A stretch of DNA of 64,000 bases from an uncultured Trueperaceae bacterium (lineage in GTDB: Bacteria; Deinococcota; Deinococci; Deinococcales; Trueperaceae): positions 137,172-201,171 of the forward strand of contig CAWCXJ010000012.1 of assembly GCA_963799485.1 (NCBI GenBank). The letters are read 5' to 3'. Made by a program: the position numbers and the translations under genes. Below, piece after piece: positions 55,898 through 64,000 of this stretch; position 1 is the stretch's first letter; every line of letters begins with the position of its first letter. The notes below the pieces were generated by a model, which worked only from the letters and a program-made list of their open reading frames with translations, was not told where the DNA came from and ran no database searches.

Positions 55898-57133
55898 ATG
55901 AAACGCATTTTATTTTTTGGACTGTTACTCCTAGCTGCCTGTTCGCAGGCTCCTGTCCCTGAGGCCGGTGCCGACCTTGCCGCCCAGCGTTTGGGGACGC
56001 GCGCCGACGACGCCGTTACGAGCGTTGCAGTAGACACCAAACTCGGCGCAGTTTACGTCATCGGTTCGACCGAAGGCTCGCTCGACGGTGCGAACAAAGG
56101 CAATACCGACGTCTTTTTGCGGCGCTATAACCGCAGCGGTAAGGTCGTCTGGAAGCGCCAGCTCGGGTCCAGCGGTTACGACGGGGTTGGAGGCGTCACC
56201 ACGGACGTTCAGGGGTTCGTTTACGCCGGTTACACATTGGACTCGTCCAAAGGGACGGTGAGCAAAATCGATAAACTCCGCAGCGACGGCGCACTCGTCT
56301 GGAGCCGGACAGTTGAGACCAAAACCTCGTATGGTTATGAACCGGTCAACGTGTCTGCCCTAGCTGTTGATAAAAACGGGAACGTTTACGCGGGCGGTGC
56401 CCTGTACGAAACCATGTTCTTGTTCAAATACTCGAGCAAAGGTTCGTGGTTGTGGACAAGGAGGGTAGACGGCGGCGGGATTTTCTTCTATCCGACGGGT
56501 ATCGGTACGGATGCGGGCGGCAACGTCTACGTTACCGCAAACGATATGGACGACTGCTGCCTCTGGAACGCGCTGCTCAAGTACAGCCCTGACGGAACGC
56601 AGCTCTTTAACAAAACTATCAGCTTTAAGACGAACGAGCTCGAGCTGACCGGGCTTCAGGTTCAGGGCGACGCGCTCTACGTTTCAGGAACCAAACACTA
56701 TAACTGGGGCGGTGACTACGACAGAAAATACGACGGTGACGGCTTCGTCGCCAAATACTCACTGAGCGGCGTAAAAACGTGGCAAAAAGGGTTCGGCACG
56801 GGCGCATATGACGTCGCAAACGGTATGTCGGTCGGCGCTGACGGCAGTGTCTACGTCACAGGGTATACCTACGGCGCACTAGGCGGCGTTCGTCAGGGCG
56901 GCAGCGACATCTTCTTACGCAAGTTCAGCACCGGCGGCAGTACCCTCTGGACAAAGCAGATTGGTTCTAAAGGCGACGACTCCGGGTACACCGTTGCTGC
57001 GTACAGCAACGATGAACTTTACCTCGTCGGGAGTGCGGGCGGCGCACTTCCGGGCGGCACCTACCGGGGTGGGTACGACGGGTTTTTAAGCCGCACCGAC
57101 GGCGCGGGCAAACCGGTTTGGACAGACCAGTAA
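55898..57133 (+). CDS. SBBP-repeat beta-propeller lipoprotein
   Basis: Lipobox LAAC; repeats of D..GNVYV.G and F..KY...G...W.KQ.G. Confidence 0.85.
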   Translation: MKRILFFGLLLLAACSQAPVPEAGADLAAQRLGTRADDAVTSVAVDTKLGAVYVIGSTEGSLDGANKGNTDVFLRRYNRSGKVVWKRQLGSSGYDGVGGVTTDVQGFVYAGYTLDSSKGTVSKIDKLRSDGALVWSRTVETKTSYGYEPVNVSALAVDKNGNVYAGGALYETMFLFKYSSKGSWLWTRRVDGGGIFFYPTGIGTDAGGNVYVTANDMDDCCLWNALLKYSPDGTQLFNKTISFKTNELELTGLQVQGDALYVSGTKHYNWGGDYDRKYDGDGFVAKYSLSGVKTWQKGFGTGAYDVANGMSVGADGSVYVTGYTYGALGGVRQGGSDIFLRKFSTGGSTLWTKQIGSKGDDSGYTVAAYSNDELYLVGSAGGALPGGTYRGGYDGFLSRTDGAGKPVWTDQ

Positions 57134-57144
57134 GCAGCTAGTTA

Positions 57145-57166
57145 AAAGGGGGCTCGAGCCCCCTTT
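57145..57166. terminator. Bidirectional terminator between convergent genes
   Basis: Perfect palindrome AAAGGGGGCTCGAGCCCCCTTT. Confidence 0.7.
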
Positions 57167-57175
57167 CTCACGCCC

Positions 57176-57553
57176 TTAGACCAACCAGTCTCCCGCTGCA
57201 ACTTTGGTGACGCCTGAAGCCGCCAACCGCTGCTGGTTGACGTAGACATACGTCCAGACCGCCTCGCCAGAGGGTTGCACCGTAACGAGGACGCGCGCGT
57301 ATTCGGGCGGGGTGAGGTCGAGGCCCTCGAGCGCGTCGAGTACCGGGAGCGCCGCTTCAATATCCGCGAAAGTCAAGACAACGCCGTAAACGCGGCCTGT
57401 GCCCGGAACTATAGCCGGGTAGCCTTCCGGGTCGAAGTGCAGCAGCTCAAAGCCCTCCAGATAAGCCGGGGCCGTTTGCGTAACGCCACGTGCCAGCGCG
57501 TAGTTGGAACCGCCCGGTTTGAGGGTGCCGTAAACGAAGATTTTTGCGGTCAC
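57176..57553 (-). CDS. Gamma-glutamylcyclotransferase family
   Basis: FVYGTLK, YPA, LDALEG. Confidence 0.9.
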   Translation of the reverse strand: MTAKIFVYGTLKPGGSNYALARGVTQTAPAYLEGFELLHFDPEGYPAIVPGTGRVYGVVLTFADIEAALPVLDALEGLDLTPPEYARVLVTVQPSGEAVWTYVYVNQQRLAASGVTKVAAGDWLV

Positions 57554-57562
57554 GGCAGCTTA

Positions 57563-58126
57563 TTATTTGAGCGCAACATCTCGAAACGTCCATAGAGCCA
57601 ACTTATCCAGAAGCTCAGTTATTTCACGCTCGGCAAGCAGCAGATTTCTGTGTCCGGCTCGCACTAAACCTTCCTCAACGGCGTGGTCAGTCCAGGCGAT
57701 AAGGTGGTTGTAATATCCGTTTACGTTGAGGACGCCGCACGGCTTCGCCTGCACCCCGATTTGCGTCCAAGTCAGCATCTCGAACAGTTCGTCTAGTGTC
57801 CCGTAACCGCCGGGCAAAGCGATAAACGCATCTGCCAGCTCTGCCATACGCGCTTTGCGGGTGAGCATATCGGGGACGACCTCGAGGCGTGAAAGCCTAG
57901 CATGTGCGATTTCGCGCGCGACCAAGCTTTGCGGGATAACGCCGACGACCTCACCGCCCGCAGCGAGAGCGGCGTCCGCTAAAACGCCCATCAGCCCGAT
58001 ATGGCCACCACCGTAAACGAGGACGAAACCGCGTCTTGCTATTTCATAACCCATCTCGCGTGCCGCTTGGACGTAGGACTCCTTGACGCCGCTACTGCCG
58101 CCGCAAAAAACCGCAACACAGTTCAT
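57563..58126 (-). CDS. LOG family nucleotide phosphoribohydrolase
   Basis: VYGGG..GLMG, PGGYGTLDE. Confidence 0.92.
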   Translation of the reverse strand: MNCVAVFCGGSSGVKESYVQAAREMGYEIARRGFVLVYGGGHIGLMGVLADAALAAGGEVVGVIPQSLVAREIAHARLSRLEVVPDMLTRKARMAELADAFIALPGGYGTLDELFEMLTWTQIGVQAKPCGVLNVNGYYNHLIAWTDHAVEEGLVRAGHRNLLLAEREITELLDKLALWTFRDVALK

Positions 58127-58247
58127 ATCTCCGCCTGAGAAAAAGAGGTGACAGTTTGGCTATGTAAGCTGCAAATTCTTCGGAGATTCATAAAACATAT
58201 CTTAAGGTCTACCTGACCTGTGGTACATCAAACCTCACTTTTGTTAG

Positions 58248-58964
58248 CTACGTCCCGAGCGTCAGCACGCAGAGCGGCATCTCGCTCGTCCCGTCCACCT
58301 GCAACAGCCGCGCCAATTCATCGTCGTAAAACTCGGCGCGCATCGTCGCGGCGAGGCCCAGACCGACGGCGGCCAACATCGCACACTGCGCCGCTGCGCC
58401 CGCCTCGAGGTACAAATAGCGGTACGCCCGGCTTTTCGAGCCATCGTCGATACGACCCGGCAATCCCGTGTAGGCGACAATCGCCGCGCACGCGCTGATG
58501 TCGGTATCGCCTAGAAGCGCGTCGGCTAAGTCTAGGCTCGGTTCGGTACGCTGAAGATGCTCTAAAGCGTGTTCGCGCGGGTTGTAGTGGTACACACCGG
58601 GAAACACGTCCTCGATCTGCCGGACGATGAGGTAGGTTTCGAGTCCGGCAATCGGCACCGCCGTCGCGTGGGTGCGCTGACCGCCGTAGGTAAACCCGGA
58701 GGTCGCCCAGAGCAGCTGTGACACGTCACTCTGACGCAGGCGGCCCCCTTCAGGGATGCTCGCCCGCGTCGTCGAAAGCGTCGCCCACAACCCCCGGCCT
58801 TCGGAGAGTTCGGGAACCGGCAGCGAGGCGACCTCGAGCGGGTTGGCGTAGACCTTGAACGGACTGACGACCTTGCCCGTTTTCGGTGGCAACGCGCCCC
58901 GGCGATACTTGGTCTGCGCCTGAAAGCTTTCGCCTATCGTTTTGTCGCGACTGCTAGACAACAC
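58248..58964 (-). CDS. SagB/ThcOx-type nitroreductase-fold protein
   Basis: SQLLWA, GVYHY, RAYRYLYLEAG, FYDD. Confidence 0.85.
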   Translation of the reverse strand: MLSSSRDKTIGESFQAQTKYRRGALPPKTGKVVSPFKVYANPLEVASLPVPELSEGRGLWATLSTTRASIPEGGRLRQSDVSQLLWATSGFTYGGQRTHATAVPIAGLETYLIVRQIEDVFPGVYHYNPREHALEHLQRTEPSLDLADALLGDTDISACAAIVAYTGLPGRIDDGSKSRAYRYLYLEAGAAAQCAMLAAVGLGLAATMRAEFYDDELARLLQVDGTSEMPLCVLTLGT

Positions 58965-59081
58965 GGCTCCTTAAACGTACCTACCCGCAGCTACTTGCCT
59001 AAAGTGTAACATTCCCGTCTTAGGGGCAGAACGGCACTTCATAACGACACCCCGACGCTGGCGCAGAGGTTACCTTGGTGT

Positions 59082-60113
59082 ATGACGCCCTTCGCCGCCA
59101 ACCTGCTGGAATGGTTCGCTGCTTGTGGGCGGCGTTTGCCGTGGCGCGAGGCGCGCACCCCTTACCGCGTGTGGGTCTCTGAAACGATGCTGCAGCAGAC
59201 GCAGGTCGGCACCGTCATCCCGTATTTCGAGCGCTGGCTGACGCGTTTTCCAACGCTCGAGTCGCTCGCCGCCGCGCCCCTTGATGACGCCCTCAAAGCG
59301 TGGGAAGGGCTCGGCTACTACCGCCGCGCCCGCCTGCTTCATGAAGGTGCAAAACGCGTTGTCACGGATTACGGGGGCACGTTGCCGGAAATCTATGACG
59401 AGCTGCTGACATTACCCGGAATCGGCCCCTATACCGCCGCCGCAATTGCGGCGCTGGCCTTTGGCGAGGCTGTGCTGGCAGTCGACGGCAACGTTAAACG
59501 GGTGGCCTCGAGGCTCTTTTGTCTCTCCGGCGAACCTGCCCCGCGCGCCGTAAAAGAAAAGTTGGAGCCCCACCTCCCTCATACCCAAGCCGGAGCTTTT
59601 AACGAAGCGTTGATGGAACTCGGCGCGACGCTCTGCACGCCGCGCCCGCCCCACTGTGCCGCGTGTCCGGTCAGCGCTTACTGTGAAGCATTTCAGACGG
59701 GACGGGTAGCCGAGTTTCCGGAAGCAAAAGCCCGTAAAAAGGTGCCGCATCATAGGCGCTTTGCACTCGTTTGCGCAAAAGGGGGGGCGCTCTGGCTCCG
59801 TCGGCGTGGTGAAAACGAAATGCTGGGGGGACTCTGGGGTTTTGTTCTGAGCGACGCGGCCCCGGCAGGTAGGCAGTTAGCGCCCGTTCAGCACGCCTAC
59901 ACGCATTTCAAAATTACGGCGACGCCCGTTTTGACGGCTGAGCCGCCCGACTCCGGGAGTTGGGTCGAGCTGGATAATATAGCGGCCTTTGCGCTGTCAA
60001 CGCTCGACCACAAAATTCTCGCTAAAACTCTCGCTGTGCTTGACGCATATAAGGCGTCGCACGAACTGGGCCGAGCGCAGGTCGAAACGCTTTTGGAGCC
60101 GAAAAGCTTGTAA
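59082..60113 (+). CDS. mutY: A/G-specific adenine glycosylase
   Basis: WVSETMLQQT, WEGLGYY, HhH LPGIGPYTA, four-Cys FeS motif. Confidence 0.95.
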   Translation: MTPFAANLLEWFAACGRRLPWREARTPYRVWVSETMLQQTQVGTVIPYFERWLTRFPTLESLAAAPLDDALKAWEGLGYYRRARLLHEGAKRVVTDYGGTLPEIYDELLTLPGIGPYTAAAIAALAFGEAVLAVDGNVKRVASRLFCLSGEPAPRAVKEKLEPHLPHTQAGAFNEALMELGATLCTPRPPHCAACPVSAYCEAFQTGRVAEFPEAKARKKVPHHRRFALVCAKGGALWLRRRGENEMLGGLWGFVLSDAAPAGRQLAPVQHAYTHFKITATPVLTAEPPDSGSWVELDNIAAFALSTLDHKILAKTLAVLDAYKASHELGRAQVETLLEPKSL

Positions 60114-60240
60114 ACTCAGGGCTCGCCCCGGCATACTTCACGGCGCAAAACCGTTTGCATTAGCGGGCCAAAAATGATACTTTAGTTCTCTTGAGCCTGG
60201 CTCGAGGGCCGCGCCGGGTTGGTAGCGAACCGGCTTTACG

Positions 60241-60317
60241 GTGGGTGTAGCTCAGTAGGTTAGAGCATCGGATTGTGGTTCCGAGGGTCGTGGGTTCAAA
60301 TCCCATCATCCACCCCA
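60241..60317 (+). tRNA. tRNA-His(GTG)
   Basis: Cloverleaf, anticodon GTG, G-1 at 60240, C discriminator, encoded CCA. Confidence 0.96.
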
Positions 60318-60320
60318 ACA

Positions 60321-60366
60321 AGTTAAAGGTATTATCTTTAATGCATTAAAGATAATACCTTTAACT
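60321..60366. repeat. 46-bp perfect AT-rich palindrome in the tRNA spacer
   Basis: AGTTAAAGGTATTATCTTTAATG|CATTAAAGATAATACCTTTAACT. Confidence 0.9.
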
Positions 60367-60369
60367 CTT

Positions 60370-60454
60370 GCGAGGATGGCGGAACTGGTAGACGCGCTAG
60401 ATTTAGGATCTAGTACCGCAAGGTGTGTGGGTTCAAGTCCCATTCCTCGCACCA
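60370..60454 (+). tRNA. tRNA-Leu(TAG)
   Basis: Cloverleaf with long variable arm, anticodon TAG, encoded CCA. Confidence 0.96.
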
Positions 60455-60456
60455 AC

Positions 60457-60480
60457 AGCAAGCCTCGGCTTGCTTTTTTT
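60457..60480 (+). terminator. Intrinsic terminator after the tRNAs
   Basis: AGCAAGCC-TC-GGCTTGCT + T-run. Confidence 0.8.
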
Positions 60481-60711
60481 ATAGTTACTCGCGCTGCACT
60501 ACTACCTATTCACAACTACCGAGTTCAAGTTACGCAGGTATTATTCTCTAACGTGACGTGAACGTAACCACCAGGGTAAATCACGTTTTTTGGGGTGGTC
60601 TAAGCCGGATAATAGTTGCACTACAGGTTAGACTAGACCGTTTCGCCGCACTCCGCCAAGCTGCGGCACCCCAAACTGCAGCACCCCAAACTGCGGCACT
60701 TAGGAGAGTTC

Positions 60712-62163
60712 ATGCAAACGCATATCGTAGAAAGAGACGCCGAGCGCGCTAAGATCAAGGTCGAAATCCCCGCAGACGACGTTTCAAAAACGTACCAACA
60801 GGTTTTGAGCAGTATCTCGCGGCAAATTCGCGTTCCCGGTTTTCGCCCCGGTAAAGCGCCGCGCGGCGTGATCGAAACGCGTGTCGGCAAAGACGCCATC
60901 GCTCAGGAGGTGCGCGACGCGCTCGTACAGACGTACTTTCCGCAAGCAGTAGAAGAGCTGTCGCTAACGCCGGTTTCGCAGCACCTGCACGCACACGAAC
61001 CCATAGACGGCGAAGACTACGCTTTCGAGGCCGAAGTCGAGCTTTACCCCGATTTCGAGCTGCCGGATACCTCACAGATCGTCTTCGACACCGAGCAAGA
61101 GCCGGTAACAGACGAGTTGCTACAAGAAAATATCGAGGCGCTCCGCCGCCAGAATGCAACGCTGATTCCGGTCGAGCGTCCAGCACGAGCCGGGGATTAT
61201 CTGCTGGTCGAAACGGTGAGCGAAGCGGGTGGGGAAGGCTCGAGCATCCCCGTAGACTTGGAAAACGTCGCCCCGGAGCTTGCCGAGCAGTTCTTGGGCA
61301 AAAGCATCAGCGACGAAATCGAGCTAACCCTTGCGGAAGAAAAAGACGAAGACGCCGATGTGGACGAAGCAGCTGAAACAGCCGAGGCCGACGCAGAGGT
61401 GGATGCAGCAGATACGGAAGTAGATGCGGCAGCTACCGAAGGCGTAGAGCCTACACCTGAACCCACGACCCTGCGCGTCGTCGTCAAAGACGTCAAGGAA
61501 AAAGAACTCCCCGAAGCCGACGACGAGTTTGCCCGGACGCTGGGTTTAGAGACCTGGGCCGAGGTCGAAGCGCAGCTCCGCACGAACCTGGAGCTACAAT
61601 TCGCGCAGGACGCGCTCGCCGCGCAGCAGGAAGAATTTACCGAAAAACTTCTTTTAGAGACCAACGTCGCCGTCCCGCCGAGCCTCAAAACGCGCCGTAA
61701 AAGCAGCTTGTTGCAAAACCTGGCGCGCGACCTCGAGGGCCGCGGCGCGACGCTGCAAGGCTACCTGGAAAGCTTGGACGCCGAAGCGGGCAAACGCGAA
61801 GAGTTCGACCGTGAACTCGACGAAGCAGCTGAAAACGCCGTCAAACGCGATTTGGTGCTGGAAAGATTGCTCGAGCAGCGTGGCACAGTTCTCGCCAACG
61901 AAGAGTTCGACGCGGCGCTCGCTTACACCGCGCAGCGTCAAAACAGTACGCCGCAAGCGCTGCGGCAAGAACTCGGTGAGTCGGGTTTAGCCAACTACCG
62001 TTTTCTTCTTACCCGTGATAAAGCCGTGCGTGAGACCGTCCAAGAACTGCTCGCCGCGCAAACCGCTGACGCTTCTCAGCCAACGCAACCCCAGCCAGAC
62101 AGTGTTCAAGCTGACAGCCAGCGTGACAATGACGCCGAAACTCCGGTAGAATCCGAAGTATAA
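60712..62163 (+). CDS. tig: Trigger factor
   Basis: VPGFRPGKAP, LPEADDEFA; upstream of clpP. Confidence 0.95.
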   Translation: MQTHIVERDAERAKIKVEIPADDVSKTYQQVLSSISRQIRVPGFRPGKAPRGVIETRVGKDAIAQEVRDALVQTYFPQAVEELSLTPVSQHLHAHEPIDGEDYAFEAEVELYPDFELPDTSQIVFDTEQEPVTDELLQENIEALRRQNATLIPVERPARAGDYLLVETVSEAGGEGSSIPVDLENVAPELAEQFLGKSISDEIELTLAEEKDEDADVDEAAETAEADAEVDAADTEVDAAATEGVEPTPEPTTLRVVVKDVKEKELPEADDEFARTLGLETWAEVEAQLRTNLELQFAQDALAAQQEEFTEKLLLETNVAVPPSLKTRRKSSLLQNLARDLEGRGATLQGYLESLDAEAGKREEFDRELDEAAENAVKRDLVLERLLEQRGTVLANEEFDAALAYTAQRQNSTPQALRQELGESGLANYRFLLTRDKAVRETVQELLAAQTADASQPTQPQPDSVQADSQRDNDAETPVESEV

Positions 62164-62183
62164 ATAGCAGCGAGGAGCGCGTT

Positions 62184-62816
62184 ATGCCCTTAGTCCCCTA
62201 CGTTATCGAACAAACCGGGCGCGGTGAACGGATGTACGACGTTTACAGCCGCCTCTTAAAAGAGCGCATCATCTTTTTGGGTTCGCCCATCGACTCGGAA
62301 GTCGCCAACGTCATCGTCGCGCAGCTTCTCCTACTCGACTCGCAGTCGTCTGAACAAGAGATCAGCATGTTTATCAACTGTCCCGGCGGTGAGGTTTACG
62401 CCGGACTCGCCATCTACGACACGATGCAGTTTATCAGCGCGCCGGTTGCCACAACTTGCGTCGGTATCGCCATGTCGATGGGTTCGGTGATTCTGATGGC
62501 CGGGGCCGAAGGCAAACGGGCCGCCTTGCCGCACAGCCGCATCATGATCCATCAGGGTTCGTCGGGGTTTCGCGGCAACACGCCGGACGTCGAGGTGCAA
62601 GCCAAAGAGGTGTTGTATCTACGCGACCAGATGGTTGACCTCTATGAGCGCCACACGAACCGCAGTTACACCCGCGAAAAACTCCTGCGCGATATGGAGC
62701 GCGACTTATTTATGAACCCCGAAGCCGCGCGAGAGTACGGCCTCATCGACCGGGTAGTCGAACCGCGGGGGTTAGGGCGTTTTACGGGTGCCGGACTTCC
62801 CGAGGGAGACGAGTAG
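62184..62816 (+). CDS. clpP: ATP-dependent Clp protease proteolytic subunit
   Basis: DVYSRLLKERIIFLG, AMSMG, IMIHQ. Confidence 0.97.
   Translation: MPLVPYVIEQTGRGERMYDVYSRLLKERIIFLGSPIDSEVANVIVAQLLLLDSQSSEQEISMFINCPGGEVYAGLAIYDTMQFISAPVATTCVGIAMSMGSVILMAGAEGKRAALPHSRIMIHQGSSGFRGNTPDVEVQAKEVLYLRDQMVDLYERHTNRSYTREKLLRDMERDLFMNPEAAREYGLIDRVVEPRGLGRFTGAGLPEGDE

Positions 62817-64000
<1,184 letters not shown>

Noticed and set aside
58248..58964. Azole-containing RiPP cluster
   Set aside because: No YcaO, precursor peptide or transporter nearby
60241..60700. Prophage or island integrated at the tRNAs
   Set aside because: No integrase or duplicated tRNA 3' end; flanks are housekeeping genes

Overview
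GC-rich bacterial chromosomal window, most consistent with Deinococcota (Truepera-like: short EF-Ts, many leaderless genes, Thermus-type 2-oxoacid dehydrogenase E1). Most of it is housekeeping and metabolism: citrate synthase, 2-oxoacid dehydrogenase E1a/E1b/E2, hslO-ppa-coaD-meaB, gatB, rpsB-tsf-pyrH-frr, MarR/MFS and TolC-TolC-adaptor efflux genes, a urate/allantoin catabolic operon, rpsO-pnp-rnj, mutY, tRNA-His/tRNA-Leu, tig-clpP-clpX. The best candidate for an undescribed system is the accessory signalling region at about 8.1-17.4 kb. There a KaiC-like double ATPase is coupled to a pseudo-receiver/PAS/LuxR transcription factor instead of the usual histidine kinase, next to a second PAS-LuxR paralog, a diguanylate cyclase and an acyl-ACP desaturase-like diiron enzyme. 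Four intergenic sites in this region share one composite promoter: palindrome GGGGT-N4-ACCCY, CTCTG 18-19 nt downstream, and a TG-preceded -10 element 52.5-53.5 nt from the palindrome centre. One copy points at an unannotated structured RNA candidate. Other notable signals: strong CTCGAG over-representation, a chain of three overlapping mini-ORFs before uricase, a 46-bp perfect palindrome between the tRNAs, and several gene remnants. No CRISPR array, rRNA or intact mobile element was seen. All family calls come from motif recognition by eye, not database searches.
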